A stretch of 64,000 bases of DNA, taken from Candidatus Latescibacterota bacterium. Its GTDB lineage: Bacteria; Latescibacterota; UBA2968; GCA-2709665. The stretch lies in contig OZ220733.1 of NCBI GenBank assembly GCA_965116875.1, forward strand, positions 4,672,001-4,736,000, in the 5' to 3' direction. Shown one piece after another: positions 28,155-39,657 of this stretch. Position 1 is the first letter of the stretch; each line of letters opens with the position of its first letter. The notes under the pieces were generated by a model, which saw only the letters and a program-made list of their open reading frames with translations, was not told the DNA's origin and made no database searches. The translations under genes and the position numbers were made by a program.

Positions 28155-30608
28155 CTATGCCACGATATTGACGAGGCGATTGGGAACGACGATCACTTTC
28201 CTGGGCGCCTTTCCTGCAAGATGGTTTCTCACATTCGGCTGTTCCAGTGCGAGCCGCCGCACCTCGTCGCCCTCCGCATCCACCTCCACCTGAAACCGGG
28301 CGCGGACCTTGCCGTTGACCTGCACCGGCATCTGAATGGTTGCCGGACGCGCGAGATCCTCGTCCCATTCCGGCCATGCCTGCTCGTGGACGCTGTAGCT
28401 CTCCCCGATGCGTTCCCACAGTTCTTCCGATAAATGCGGCGCAAAGGGCGCCAGCAGCAGGCACAGCGTGCGAATGGCATCCGTCCAGGCATCCGATTCG
28501 AGGGCGGCGTCTGTTTTCGCTTTGCCCAGCCGGTTGACGTAGGTCATCAGCGCGGCGACGGCGGTGTTGAAGTCGAATGATTCCAGATCCTCGGTGACCT
28601 TCTTGATCGCCTGGTGGGTGGTCCTGCGCAATTCCGTCGTCTCCGCCGCCCCCGGAGATTCGCCGGCCGACGCCGGCGGCTCCACGACAAGCGACCAGGC
28701 CCGGTTCAGAAACCGGGGAACGCCTTCCATGCTCGCCGAATTCCACGGACCCCCCTGATCCCACCGGCTGATGAACATCAGATACACGCGGATGCTGTCA
28801 ATGCCGTGCGCATCGATGAGGTCGTCCGGGTTTACCACGTTTCCCCGTGACTTGCTCATCTTCTCTGAATCCTCGCCGAGAATGATCCCCTGGTTGAACA
28901 ACCGGACCATGGGTTCGGCTTCGTCGGTGGCGATCAGCTTCATGTCCCGCATCGCCCTGGTGAAGAAGCGGGTATAGAGCAGGTGCATCGTGGCGTGCTC
29001 TATGCCGCCTGTATACTGATCCACCGGCAGCCAGTACGCCCCCTCTTCCGGATCGAACGGGCCCGCGCCATAATCAGGACTGAGGTACCGGTACTGATAC
29101 CACGAAGAACACATGAACGTGTCCATCGTATCGGTTTCCCGCTGCGCCTCGCCATGGCACGCCGGACAGGTCGTATTCAGAAACCCTTCGTGATGTTTAA
29201 GCGGGGATTCGCCCGTCGGCAGAAACTCCGCATCTTCCGGAAGTCTTACGGGAAGGTCTGACTCCGGGACCGGCACCACGCCGCAGTCGGCGCAATAGAT
29301 GATGGGTATGGGACACCCCCAATACCGCTGCCGGGAAATCAGCCAGTCGTGCAGCCGATAATTGACCTTGCGCTCACCGAGTCCCCGGTCTTCAAGATCC
29401 TCGGCCACCGCGCGCTTCGCATCCTCGGACGGCATGCCGCTGAACCGGCCGGAATTGACCAGCGCGCCTCTGCCCTCGTAGGGCCGCCGCAGAGGTTGGC
29501 CATCCCAGTCCGGAGGCGCGATGACCGTCGGAACGGGTAATCCGTACTGTTTCGCAAAGCCGAAATCCCGTTCGTCGTGTCCGGGCACGGCCATGATCGC
29601 GCCGGTTCCGTACGTCGTAAGCACGTAATCGGCGATATAGATGGGCACCTCGGCGTCGTTCATGGGATTGATCGCATACGCTCCGGTAAAGACACCGTCC
29701 CGTTCCTTGTCCAGCGACAAACGGTCGATTTCGGTCCGCCGGCCCGCTTTTTCCCGGTACGCCGCGACTTCGACCGCCCGGGACCGGGTTGTGATCCTGT
29801 CGACAAGCGGATGTTCCGGCGCCAGGACCGCGAACGTAACCCCGAAAATCGTATCCGCACGCGTGGTGAAAACCCGAAACGACTCCTCCGAACCCTTCAC
29901 GCTCATTTCGAATTCCACCCCGTCGCTGCGGCCGACCCAGTTGGTCTGCATCGTTTCGACCCGGTCAGGCCAGTCCAGGCCCGAAAAATCCAGCAGCGAA
30001 TCCGCGTATTTCGTAATCCGGAACAGCCACTGATCCAGGTCTTTCTTCACAACGGGCGTATCGCATCGTTCGCAGTGGCGGTCGTCACCCCATACCTGCT
30101 CTCTGGCAAGCGTCGTATTGCAGCGCGGGCACCAGTCCACCGGGGCCTTTTGCCGATAGGCCAGTCCATGGCGAAAGAACTGCAGGAAGAGCCACTGCGT
30201 CCACTTGTAGTACTCGGGTTCACACGTGACGATCTCCCTGTCCCAGTCGAACATCGCGCCCATTCTCTTCAGGTGTCGCCGCATTCGATCGACATTGTCC
30301 ATCGTCCATTTGGCAGGGTGAATTCCCCGTTCGATGGCTGCATTCTCCGCCGGCAGTCCGAACGCGTCAAACCCTATTGGAAACAAGACGTTATATCCCT
30401 TCATCCGCATCCATCTCGCGCGTGCGTCCGAAGGCGCCATCGCGTACCAGTGTCCGATGTGCAGATCTCCCGACGTATACGGCAACATCGTCAGCGCATA
30501 ATGCTTGGGCCTGCCTTCCTTCACGCCGCTCCGGTAGATACCGGTCCGCTCCCAGCGTGAGCGCCACTTGGACTCGATCGCTTCAAAATCGTATCCACTT
30601 TCAGCCAT
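28155..30608 (-). CDS. leuS: Leucine--tRNA ligase
   Basis: LHIGH, KMSKS, GTGAIMAVPGHD editing domain. Confidence 0.97.
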   Translation of the reverse strand: MAESGYDFEAIESKWRSRWERTGIYRSGVKEGRPKHYALTMLPYTSGDLHIGHWYAMAPSDARARWMRMKGYNVLFPIGFDAFGLPAENAAIERGIHPAKWTMDNVDRMRRHLKRMGAMFDWDREIVTCEPEYYKWTQWLFLQFFRHGLAYRQKAPVDWCPRCNTTLAREQVWGDDRHCERCDTPVVKKDLDQWLFRITKYADSLLDFSGLDWPDRVETMQTNWVGRSDGVEFEMSVKGSEESFRVFTTRADTIFGVTFAVLAPEHPLVDRITTRSRAVEVAAYREKAGRRTEIDRLSLDKERDGVFTGAYAINPMNDAEVPIYIADYVLTTYGTGAIMAVPGHDERDFGFAKQYGLPVPTVIAPPDWDGQPLRRPYEGRGALVNSGRFSGMPSEDAKRAVAEDLEDRGLGERKVNYRLHDWLISRQRYWGCPIPIIYCADCGVVPVPESDLPVRLPEDAEFLPTGESPLKHHEGFLNTTCPACHGEAQRETDTMDTFMCSSWYQYRYLSPDYGAGPFDPEEGAYWLPVDQYTGGIEHATMHLLYTRFFTRAMRDMKLIATDEAEPMVRLFNQGIILGEDSEKMSKSRGNVVNPDDLIDAHGIDSIRVYLMFISRWDQGGPWNSASMEGVPRFLNRAWSLVVEPPASAGESPGAAETTELRRTTHQAIKKVTEDLESFDFNTAVAALMTYVNRLGKAKTDAALESDAWTDAIRTLCLLLAPFAPHLSEELWERIGESYSVHEQAWPEWDEDLARPATIQMPVQVNGKVRARFQVEVDAEGDEVRRLALEQPNVRNHLAGKAPRKVIVVPNRLVNIVA

Positions 30609-30720
30609 CTGACGGCTCCCTGTACTCACAGTTTATCAGTCCGTTTACAGAGTCGCCCTGCAGGCCTGCCGGTGAAGTCCTGGCAGGCAGGCGAGGCGGG
30701 ATGCCTTTTTCAACGGGCTG

Positions 30721-32016
30721 TTATGGGTAAAGCCGTTGCAGCATCCGGGGAAACGGAATGGTTTCCCTGACGTGCCGCAACCCGCAGATCCAGGCTACGG
30801 TCCGTTCGATGCCCAGGCCGAAGCCGGCATGGGGCACCGATCCGTAGCGCCTGAGGTCCAAATACCATTGAAAGGGTGTCTCATCGAGTCTGTGTTCGGC
30901 AATCTTCCGCCGCAATTCCTCCAGGTTGTCCTCGCGTTGCCCGCCGCCGATGATCTCTCCGTATCCCTCCGGCGCCAGCATATCCATGCAAAGCGCCAGC
31001 CGGTCGTCTTCCGGGTCTCCCTTCATATAGAAGGCCTTGCAGGAGGCCGGATACCTGTGTACCAGGACAGGGCGGTCGAATTGTTCCGCCAGTACGGTTT
31101 CCTCGTCGCCGCCGAAATCGTCGCCCCACCTGTGTGAAACGCCGCTCCGATTCAGGACGTCCACCGCTTCCGAATAGGAGATCCTCGGAAACGGCTTCTT
31201 CACCCGTTCGAGCGGTTCGAGATCCCGCTGAAGCATTTCCAGTTCCTTCCGCCGGCCCTTCAGGACCTGCTGTACCACGGTACTGACGAAGTCTTCCGCC
31301 AGATCCATGTCTCCATTCAGATCCAGGTACGCCACCTCCGGCTCAACCATCCAGAATTCCGTGAGGTGCCGCCGGGTTTTCGATTTCTCGGCCCTGAACG
31401 TCGGCCCGAAGCAGTAGACCTTTCCAAAGGCCATGGCGCTGGCTTCCAGGTACAGTTGTCCGCTCTGGGTCAGATAGGCCTGGTCGTCGAAGTAATCGGT
31501 CTGGAAAAGCGTAGTCGTCCCCTCGCAGGACGATGGCGTAAAAATCGGAGAATCCGTCAGTACGAACTCTCTTTCGTCGAAGTAATTCCTGCACGCGCGA
31601 ATGACTTCACTGCGCACACGCAAAATGGCGTGCTGGCGGGAAGAACGCAGCCAGAGATGGCGATGATCCATCAGGAAGGCGGTTCCGTGCGCTTTTGGCG
31701 TTATGGGATACGGTTCCGATTCCTGGACCACCTCGATATCGGTAACGCCGATCTCAAAGCCAAGCGGCGAGCGCCTGTCCTCGCGCACAACCCCCCGCAC
31801 GCGCAGCGATGACTCCTGCGTCAGGCCGGCGGAGCGTTCGAAGAGGTCGGTCGACACGTCCCCCTTGAACAGTACACATTGCACCACGCCCGTGCCGTCT
31901 CTCAGTTGCAGAAAGCGCAGCTTGCCGCTGGAACGCTTGTTATGCAGCCAGCCCTGGAGAAGGACGGTATGACCGTCGTACTCTGCAATCCTTGAAATCG
32001 AAATGGGCACGGCCAT
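30721..32016 (-). CDS. asnS: Asparagine--tRNA ligase
   Basis: [36 protein letters not shown]. Confidence 0.95.
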   Translation of the reverse strand: MAVPISISRIAEYDGHTVLLQGWLHNKRSSGKLRFLQLRDGTGVVQCVLFKGDVSTDLFERSAGLTQESSLRVRGVVREDRRSPLGFEIGVTDIEVVQESEPYPITPKAHGTAFLMDHRHLWLRSSRQHAILRVRSEVIRACRNYFDEREFVLTDSPIFTPSSCEGTTTLFQTDYFDDQAYLTQSGQLYLEASAMAFGKVYCFGPTFRAEKSKTRRHLTEFWMVEPEVAYLDLNGDMDLAEDFVSTVVQQVLKGRRKELEMLQRDLEPLERVKKPFPRISYSEAVDVLNRSGVSHRWGDDFGGDEETVLAEQFDRPVLVHRYPASCKAFYMKGDPEDDRLALCMDMLAPEGYGEIIGGGQREDNLEELRRKIAEHRLDETPFQWYLDLRRYGSVPHAGFGLGIERTVAWICGLRHVRETIPFPRMLQRLYP

Positions 32017-32205
32017 CGGGGTCCTCTCGGAGTCATGCGATCGATGCGGGTGATTCCCGCCCCCGCGCAGCCTCCCGCCGGGTCTTTTCCGCCACGCGTG
32101 AAAATGGGCATCGTTGTGAGGGAAATGGTCCCAACTTTATGAAACCAAAAAAGACGACCGGAAGTTGCCGATCGCCTTCTGCCGACCTCTGGCTTGCCAG
32201 GCGGG

Positions 32206-34344
32206 TCAGCGCCGATTGGGCCTTCGCGGGCCCCGTGAATGGCGCGGCGGCGGTTCCACGTATCCGGGGGGCGGTTGGAACGTCGCCTTGCGACTAAGTC
32301 GAACCTTGCCCTGGTCGTCGATTGAAATCACCTTGACGTCCAGCTTATCTCCTTCGTTCAGCACGTCTTCGACCTTGTTTACCCGGTGGTAATCCAGCTC
32401 TGAAATGTGGCAGAGCCCCTCTTTTCCCGGCAGAATCTCGATAAAGGCGCCGAAGTCCAGGGTTCGCTTGACCGTACCATTGTACACCCGGCCCACTTCC
32501 GGATCCTCCACCAGCGCCTTGATCATCTCCATCGCTTCTTCACCGGCCTGGGCGTCGACCGAACTGACCGTGATCAGTCCGTCGTCGTCCACCGCTACGG
32601 TCGCTCCCGTTTCTTCGATGCTGCGAATGGTCTTCCCGCCGGGTCCGATAACCGTACCGATCTTTGCCGGGTCGATGTAAAGGGAGAGAATTCGGGGCGC
32701 ATAGGGTGACAACTCGGGCTTCGGGCGGGCGATCGCACCGTTCATCTTGTCCAGAATGTGGTCCAGCGCACCCCGCGCGCGTCCGAAAGCCTCCTGCATA
32801 ATCTCGAAACTGATTCCCTTGATCTTGATGTCGAGCTGAATCGACGTCAGTCCCTCGGCCGTGCCGGCGATTTTCAGATCCATATCGCCAAGATGGTCTT
32901 CCGCGCCCAGAATGTCGGTCAGCAAGGACCAATTGGAATTGTCCTCCCCCATCACCAGCCCGACGCCCGCGCCAGCGACGGCCGTCTTAATGGGAACCCC
33001 CGCATCCATCAGTGCGAGCGATCCACCACACACCGTGGCCATGGACGATGAACTGTTGGATTCCAGAATCTCGGAAACCACCCGAATTGTATAGGGAAAG
33101 TGTTTTTCGTTGGGTATGACGGGAACCAGCGCCTTTTCCGCAAGAACGCCGTGTCCAATTTCCCGCCTTCCCGGAGCCCCGATGCGGCGGGTTTCCCCCA
33201 CGCTGTACGACGGAAAGTTGTAGTCCAGCATAAAACTCTTATAGGACATTCCTTCGAGATCGTCCACCATCCGGGTATCCAGCTTGCTGCCCAGCGTAGC
33301 CACGCACAGCGCCTGGGTCTGTCCCCTCGTAAACACAGCCGACCCGTGTGCGCGGGGCAGTGACCCGAGTTCAATCTCGATTGGCCGCACTTCGTCCAGG
33401 GCCCTTCCGTCGATCCTCCGACCCTCCTCCAGAATCATCCGTCGCATTTCCGCCTTGACGATCGCACCGACCTCCGCGGCGATTTCCGCCCGCGATTCCG
33501 GAAACTCATCCTCCAGGGCCGTCTGCGTATCCTCTTCGATGCCGGCGATGACGTTCGCCCGATCTTCTTTCTCAGAGAGCCGGTTCGCCTCCCGGATGCG
33601 CAGGGCCGCCAGTGCCCTTACGGCTTCTTCAAGCGCTTCGTTGGGTTCGGGTTCCGTGACCTCCCGCTTCGGTCTGCCACATCTGGCCACCAGGTCTTCC
33701 TGCATTTCCACCAGCCTGGCGATGGCTTCCTGCCCCGCCCGCAGCGCCCCCAGCACATCGGCGTCGGGCACCTCGTGGCACTCGCCCTCAACGGAAATGA
33801 TCGACTCTTTGTTTCCGGACACGATGATGTTGATGTCGCTTTCATCCAACTGTTGGTAGGTTGGATTGATCACGTACTCGCCGTCTATCCGACCCACCTT
33901 TACAGCGCCGATCGGTCCTTCGAACGGAATATCGGAAATACAGACTGCCGCCGATGCGCCGTTCATCGCCAGCACGGCGGGGTCATTCTCTTCGTCGAAC
34001 GATAGAATGGTTACCAGAACCTGCGTTTCCACGTCCCGCTTCAAGAACAACGGCCGTATCTGGTGATCGATGAGCCTGGCGCTCAGCTTCTCCGTCGTGG
34101 AGGGTGCGCCCTCCCGCTTGAAGAAGTTCCCCGGTATCCTGCCGCTTGCGTAGAATTTCTCACGATAGTCCACCGTTAACGGGAAAAAATCCAAATCGGA
34201 TTCTCTGGTATCGGCCACCGTGGCCACCAGCACCACGGTCTCGCCATATTGCATCCAGACGGCGCCGTGGGCTTGCCTGGCTACCCGTCCGTGTTCAATG
34301 GATAATGTCCTTCCTTCCAGTTCCAACTCTATTTTCTCTGCCAT
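32206..34344 (-). CDS. pnp: Polyribonucleotide nucleotidyltransferase
   Basis: FFPLTVDYREK, RREIGHG, KH and S1 domains. Confidence 0.97.
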   Translation of the reverse strand: MAEKIELELEGRTLSIEHGRVARQAHGAVWMQYGETVVLVATVADTRESDLDFFPLTVDYREKFYASGRIPGNFFKREGAPSTTEKLSARLIDHQIRPLFLKRDVETQVLVTILSFDEENDPAVLAMNGASAAVCISDIPFEGPIGAVKVGRIDGEYVINPTYQQLDESDINIIVSGNKESIISVEGECHEVPDADVLGALRAGQEAIARLVEMQEDLVARCGRPKREVTEPEPNEALEEAVRALAALRIREANRLSEKEDRANVIAGIEEDTQTALEDEFPESRAEIAAEVGAIVKAEMRRMILEEGRRIDGRALDEVRPIEIELGSLPRAHGSAVFTRGQTQALCVATLGSKLDTRMVDDLEGMSYKSFMLDYNFPSYSVGETRRIGAPGRREIGHGVLAEKALVPVIPNEKHFPYTIRVVSEILESNSSSSMATVCGGSLALMDAGVPIKTAVAGAGVGLVMGEDNSNWSLLTDILGAEDHLGDMDLKIAGTAEGLTSIQLDIKIKGISFEIMQEAFGRARGALDHILDKMNGAIARPKPELSPYAPRILSLYIDPAKIGTVIGPGGKTIRSIEETGATVAVDDDGLITVSSVDAQAGEEAMEMIKALVEDPEVGRVYNGTVKRTLDFGAFIEILPGKEGLCHISELDYHRVNKVEDVLNEGDKLDVKVISIDDQGKVRLSRKATFQPPPGYVEPPPRHSRGPRRPNRR

Positions 34345-34416
34345 CCAGCCTTTCTCCTCAACGAAAAGTACATCCAGCCCGTAGTACTCAATTTGAAAAA
34401 CACCCTACAGGCGAAA

Positions 34417-34686
34417 TTAACCACGTATTCCAAGCTTACCGATCAGTGCGCGGTATCCGGTCAGGTCGCGACGTTGCATATATTTCAGGAAACGCCGGCG
34501 CCGGCCGACCAGTTTGAGCAGCCCTCGGCGGGAATGGTGGTCTTTCCCGTGTCGCCGGGCGTGTTCGGTCAACATCCTGATGCGTTCCGTCAATAGCGCG
34601 ATCTGCACTTCGACAGATCCGGTGTCACCGCCGGCTCGACCGAAGGCTTCCACCAGTTCGCCCTTCTTTTCTTTCGCTAAACCCAA
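34417..34686 (-). CDS. rpsO: 30S ribosomal protein S15
   Basis: [31 protein letters not shown]. Confidence 0.97.
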   Translation of the reverse strand: MGLAKEKKGELVEAFGRAGGDTGSVEVQIALLTERIRMLTEHARRHGKDHHSRRGLLKLVGRRRRFLKYMQRRDLTGYRALIGKLGIRG

Positions 34687-35633
34687 TGCTTCACCTCCAT
34701 GTGATGGACCAGCTGCTGTCCCAGAATGTCACGGGCACGCTGCCCGTCCTTGTGAATTTGCGTAATCAGCGCGTCGGGGTTGGGAAACCGGCGTTCGTCG
34801 CGCAGACGATCCACCAGTTCCAGCGAAATCCGCCGCCCGTAAAGATCGCCGCTGAAATCCAGCAAATGGGCTTCAATCAACCTGCTCCTGCCGTTAAACG
34901 TGGGTCGTAGCCCGAGGTTTACAACCGCAGCATACGGTTCCGGCACAAACGCTTTGGCAACGTACACCCCGTTGGGCGGCAATAGTTTCATGGCATCGTC
35001 GGGCACGATATTCGCGGTCGGATACCCCAGCGCCCGCCCCCGGCCGTCTCCGTGCGCCACACGACCTGAAACAGGATATCCGCCTCCAAGCATCTCACGT
35101 GCTTCGTCGATTCCGCCTCTTCGAATCACTTCCCGAATCCGGCTGCTGCTTACCGGGCCCTCTCCAGCCATCGTGGGCGGCACGACAGAGACGTCGAAAC
35201 CGAACCGATGGCCAAGGGTACGCATGGTGTCGGGATCGCCGCTGCGACCCTTGCCGAATCCGTGATCGTAACCCAGAACCACGACGTTCGCGCCCAGGTA
35301 TTTCACAAGATAGGTCGACACAAATGCATCGGGACCCATCATTTGAACCTGTCTGGTAAACGGGATCACCGCCAGCACGTCGATTCCGGCATCTTCAAGC
35401 CGCTGACGCTTTTCGTCCATGGACGTAAGGACGACCGGCGGGTCGTCGGGATGGATCACGGCCCGCGGATGTGGATCGAACGTGACGGCGACGGCGCTTC
35501 CCGACCGCGCCCGTGCCATGGCAACGACGGATTCTAATACAGCACGATGCCCCTGGTGGACACCGTCGAACGTGCCGACCGTAACCACCGGGTTTTCCAA
35601 TTTGAGCGTCTGTTCCAAAGTCCGTGTCTGCAT
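34677..35633 (-). CDS. ribF: Bifunctional riboflavin kinase/FAD synthetase
   Basis: [27 protein letters not shown]. Confidence 0.95.
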   Translation of the reverse strand: MQTRTLEQTLKLENPVVTVGTFDGVHQGHRAVLESVVAMARARSGSAVAVTFDPHPRAVIHPDDPPVVLTSMDEKRQRLEDAGIDVLAVIPFTRQVQMMGPDAFVSTYLVKYLGANVVVLGYDHGFGKGRSGDPDTMRTLGHRFGFDVSVVPPTMAGEGPVSSSRIREVIRRGGIDEAREMLGGGYPVSGRVAHGDGRGRALGYPTANIVPDDAMKLLPPNGVYVAKAFVPEPYAAVVNLGLRPTFNGRSRLIEAHLLDFSGDLYGRRISLELVDRLRDERRFPNPDALITQIHKDGQRARDILGQQLVHHMEVKHWV

Positions 35634-35638
35634 CCGGA

Positions 35639-36547
35639 TCAACTTTCTGGCTGACGCAGCACCCGCACAGGCTTCAGCATCCGGTCGTCGGCCCGCCAGC
35701 GTCCGATGCCGAGCAACACCCCCTTGGGATAGAGCGCCCTGACAAGACGGCCTGACTCGAGAGCAGTTCCTTCCTCGATATTTGCCACAGCAGTTCCGTG
35801 AACAAAACAACCAGCCTGATCGGCGTCCAGGTTGAGACGCGGCATATCGCGCAACAACCGGTTGGGATCCATCAGAAACGGCTGCAACTCCTCCTTCGAT
35901 CCAATGGATTCGAGACGGTTGAGCGCGAGGCACTCGTCAATGCAAACCGGACCGGCGCCCGTGCGCCTGAGCCCGGCCAGATACGCGCCACAACCCAGCT
36001 TCCGGCCGAGGTCATCGGCCAGCGTGCGGATATAGGTACCTTTTGAACAGGAGACCGTCAGGTGTAGATCGGGAGGCCTGAATTCTTTGATATCGATTCC
36101 GTAAATCCGCACGCGGGACGGTCGTCGGGCGACTTCCGTGCCCTCCCGTGCCAACTGGTACAACCGTCTGCCATCCATCTTTCGAGCCGAGAACATCGGC
36201 GGAATCTGTTCGACTTCGCCCAAAAAGGAAGCCACCGCGGCACGGACGTCCGCCGATCGGTCGGGTACGCTGCCGGATCGCGCGACAACTTCGCCTTCGG
36301 CGTCGAGCGTGCTTGTCCGGACCCCGAGTCGGATATGGGCGGCGTACGTCTTGTCGTGGTCCGCGAGATAGGAGCTGAGCCGGGTCGCCCGGCCCAGACA
36401 CAGCACGAGGACGCCGGTCGCGAGCGGATCCAGGGTGCCCGTATGTCCTACTTTCCGAATATTCAGCCGTCGTCGAACGCGGTCGATCACGTCGTGCGAC
36501 GTTATTCCGGGGGGCTTGTCGATCGGCAGCACGCCTGTGACGTTGAT
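35639..36547 (-). CDS. truB: tRNA pseudouridine(55) synthase; start either ATC at 36547 or GTG at 36532
   Basis: IDKPPGITSHD, VGHTGTLDPLATGVL, CSKGTYIRTL. Confidence 0.93.
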   Translation of the reverse strand: MNVTGVLPIDKPPGITSHDVIDRVRRRLNIRKVGHTGTLDPLATGVLVLCLGRATRLSSYLADHDKTYAAHIRLGVRTSTLDAEGEVVARSGSVPDRSADVRAAVASFLGEVEQIPPMFSARKMDGRRLYQLAREGTEVARRPSRVRIYGIDIKEFRPPDLHLTVSCSKGTYIRTLADDLGRKLGCGAYLAGLRRTGAGPVCIDECLALNRLESIGSKEELQPFLMDPNRLLRDMPRLNLDADQAGCFVHGTAVANIEEGTALESGRLVRALYPKGVLLGIGRWRADDRMLKPVRVLRQPES

Positions 36548-36560
36548 TCTGCCCTCCAGT

Positions 36561-36899
36561 CTACGGCTTCAGGTCGTCGAGCAGCCTGTCGATCCTGCTG
36601 GCCTGTTCCAGAGATTCGTCCAGCCTGAATTCCAATTCCGGCACGTTTCTCAGCCGGATGCGTCCGCCCAGTTCCCTGCGGAGGAATGGAAGCGACCGCT
36701 GGAGCGTCTTGAGGCTCGTGTCCTGACTCTGACTGTCACCCATCACACTGACGTGTACCCGCGCGAATTTCAGGTCTCGCGACACCTGCACACCAGTGAC
36801 GGTAACGTATCCAAGACGAGGATCTTTCAGGTGCCGGTGAATCAGGTCACTGAGTTCAAGCTGTATCTGCCGTCCGACACTCTCTGCACGCCACATCAC
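36561..36899 (-). CDS. rbfA: Ribosome-binding factor A
   Basis: KDPRL, VSRDLKFARV, RLRNVPELEFRLD; position in the operon. Confidence 0.93.
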   Translation of the reverse strand: MMWRAESVGRQIQLELSDLIHRHLKDPRLGYVTVTGVQVSRDLKFARVHVSVMGDSQSQDTSLKTLQRSLPFLRRELGGRIRLRNVPELEFRLDESLEQASRIDRLLDDLKP

Positions 36900-37183
36900 A
36901 TCAGTTCCAGAGAATAGTCAACGAGCTCCACACGATGGTCCCGTTGCACATGGTCTACGACTTTGGATAGCACGCGATTGACGTAACGCGATTCGTTCGC
37001 CACCATCGCCACGCCAACCTCAGCCTTCTGCCACAGTTCGTTTTGACCGACCTCAGAAACGGATACGTTGTATTTCGCCCGGATCCGTTGCCGAAGACTC
37101 TCCAGAATACGGCGTTTACCCTTTAACGATCCGCTTTCGGGCAGATATAACACCAGACGACACAGGCCGATGGTCATGGACAA
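36896..37183 (-). CDS. DUF503 (YlxP-like) protein
   Basis: SLKGKRR...KYNVSVSEV..LWQ; usual position between infB and rbfA. Confidence 0.88.
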   Translation of the reverse strand: MSMTIGLCRLVLYLPESGSLKGKRRILESLRQRIRAKYNVSVSEVGQNELWQKAEVGVAMVANESRYVNRVLSKVVDHVQRDHRVELVDYSLELM

Positions 37184-37200
37184 GGTTTCAATGCGGCATT

Positions 37201-39657
37201 TTAGAGCGTGCGCGCGGTTTCAACTTGTTCATATGCCTCGATAACATCGCCGAGCTTGGTATCATTGAAATTCTCCAGGCCGATGCCGCATTCAAATCCG
37301 GACTGGACTTCCCTCACGTCGTCCTTGAACCGTCGCAGGGACCCGATCCGGCCCTCGTAGACCACAACACTGTCTCGCAGCACACGCACCATGGCGCTGC
37401 GTGTCATTCGTCCGTTGGAAATGTAACAGCCGGCGATGATGCCAACCCGAGGAACCTGGAACGTCTCCCGGACTTCCGCCGATCCCACGATCTGTTCATC
37501 GATATCGGGCGTGAGCAATCCGGCAAGCGCGGCCTTGATGTCTTCAACCGCCTCATAAATCACCCGGTAGGCGCGGACGTCGACTCGCTCCTGGGCAACC
37601 ACTTCTCGCGCACGGACATCCGGCCGCACATTGAATCCGATAATGATCGCGTCCGATGCGGAAGCGAGCAGAACGTCGGACTCCGACACCGCACCCACCC
37701 CCCGGTGGATCACGTTGATGCGGACTTCGTCGCTGGGGATCTGCATCAGGGAGTCGTGAAGCGCCTCTACGGAACCGTCGACGTCTCCCTTGAGTATCAG
37801 GCGCAACTCCTGGACCTGACCGGCCTTGATCTGATCGTGGATGTCAACCAGGCTGACCCTGCGTATCCGGTGGGCTTCCCGCTCCCGGCGCAGTTGCTGC
37901 CTCTTCTGGCTGATTTCCCTGGCGGTACGTTCGTTTTCCACGGAGTAGAACGAGTCTCCAGCCTGGGGCAGTCCGGACAGGCCAAGCACCTGGACCGGCA
38001 CCGAGGGGCCTGCTTCCGAAACCCGATGCCCTCGCTCGTCCAGAAGCGCCCGCGCCCTGCCGCTGAAGAGTCCGGTGACGAAAGTATCGCCAACCCTCAG
38101 CGTACCTTCCTGCACGAGTACCGTCGCCACGTTCCCGCGGCCGCGGTCCAGGCGGGCCTCGACAATGGCGCCCTTGGCGCGTTTCAGCGAATTGGCCTTC
38201 AACTCCAGCAGATCGGTTTCCAATGCCAGCAACTCGAGCAGATCGTTGATGTTCTCGCCGGTCTTTGCGGAGATCTCACAGGATTGAACCTTGCCCCCGT
38301 ATTCCTCGAGAACCACATTGTGTTCCGTCAGTTGCCGCTTGATTCGATCCACGTCAGCGCCCGGAAGGTCTATCTTGTTGATGGCCAGTACCATTGGAAC
38401 GCCCGCGGCGCGCGCATGGTCGATCGCTTCCACCGTCTGCGGCATGACATTGTCGTCGGCAGCCACGATCAGGACGACGACGTCCGTCACCTGGGCTCCC
38501 CTTGCGCGCATTGCGGTAAACGCCTCGTGACCGGGGGTATCGAGGAAAGTCACCATGCGGCCGTTGTCCAGCTCCACGTGATATGCGCCAATGTGCTGGG
38601 TAATGCCCCCCGCCTCGCCCGCAACCACGTTGGTGTTGCGAACATAATCCAACAGCGACGTCTTGCCGTGGTCTACATGACCCATTATGGTGACCACAGG
38701 CGGACGCGGCGCGAGATCGTCTTCCACGTCTTCGTCTTCATGGTCGAGCACGTCTTCGGCATACTCCTGGAGTTCTTCAACGTCAATTCCGAACTCGTCG
38801 GCAACCAGGGTAATGGTGTCCATATCCAGTCGCTGGTTGATGGTGACCATCAGGCCCAGGGTGAGACACTGCTTTATGACATCGGTAAGCGGAATGTCCA
38901 TGAGCGTGGACAATTCGCCTACCGTTGTAAACTCGTTCACCTTGATGACACGTTCCACGCCCTCTTCGTCCTCGACGTCCGCGTCGTCTCTGCGACGACG
39001 TCGTCGCGAACGGGCCGTCCCGGTTTCCATCTCGGCCATCGTCCGGCGCACGCTGGCTTCGATTTCCGTCTGGTCCGGCGCGGGTCTGCCGCGCCTGCGG
39101 CGGCGACGGCGGCCTTCGCTTTTTTCGGGGGCGGGCTTTTCCTGCGGCCGTGCCGGCTTGGTCTCACTGCGGGTGTCCGCCGCTCCAATGACTTCTACCT
39201 TTGGTTCTCTCCTCGCGGCGTCCCGCCTGCGCCGGCGCGTTGCCTGGTCGTCGCGAATTTCGCGAATCTCGACAGCCTTCCGGACCGGCTCCGCCGGCTT
39301 CGGGGTTTCGGCTGCTTTGGATTCCGTCTTTTTCGCGCTCCCGGCTTTGGCCCTTGCGGGGGCTTTCCGGACTTCCTTTTTTGTATCCTGACGCTGCCTT
39401 CTCTGTGCGGTCTTGCGCTTGATTTCCTGACGGGAGGCGTTACGCTCCTCCTCAAACTTTCCCTGGATGCTATCGAACATCTCCCTGGTGCATACGGCCA
39501 TGTGGTTCTTGACGTCGAACCCCAGTCCCCTGACCACTTCGACCATCGCGACACTCGAGAGATTGAACTCCCGTGCAACTTCGTAGATGCGGCGCTTTTT
39601 GCCATCGGTGTCGTCGGGTGTCGCCGTGACCGTCGCCGCGGGCGCATTTCTGTTCAT
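37201..39657 (-). CDS. infB: Translation initiation factor IF-2
   Basis: [27 protein letters not shown]. Confidence 0.97.
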   Translation of the reverse strand: MNRNAPAATVTATPDDTDGKKRRIYEVAREFNLSSVAMVEVVRGLGFDVKNHMAVCTREMFDSIQGKFEEERNASRQEIKRKTAQRRQRQDTKKEVRKAPARAKAGSAKKTESKAAETPKPAEPVRKAVEIREIRDDQATRRRRRDAARREPKVEVIGAADTRSETKPARPQEKPAPEKSEGRRRRRRRGRPAPDQTEIEASVRRTMAEMETGTARSRRRRRRDDADVEDEEGVERVIKVNEFTTVGELSTLMDIPLTDVIKQCLTLGLMVTINQRLDMDTITLVADEFGIDVEELQEYAEDVLDHEDEDVEDDLAPRPPVVTIMGHVDHGKTSLLDYVRNTNVVAGEAGGITQHIGAYHVELDNGRMVTFLDTPGHEAFTAMRARGAQVTDVVVLIVAADDNVMPQTVEAIDHARAAGVPMVLAINKIDLPGADVDRIKRQLTEHNVVLEEYGGKVQSCEISAKTGENINDLLELLALETDLLELKANSLKRAKGAIVEARLDRGRGNVATVLVQEGTLRVGDTFVTGLFSGRARALLDERGHRVSEAGPSVPVQVLGLSGLPQAGDSFYSVENERTAREISQKRQQLRREREAHRIRRVSLVDIHDQIKAGQVQELRLILKGDVDGSVEALHDSLMQIPSDEVRINVIHRGVGAVSESDVLLASASDAIIIGFNVRPDVRAREVVAQERVDVRAYRVIYEAVEDIKAALAGLLTPDIDEQIVGSAEVRETFQVPRVGIIAGCYISNGRMTRSAMVRVLRDSVVVYEGRIGSLRRFKDDVREVQSGFECGIGLENFNDTKLGDVIEAYEQVETARTL

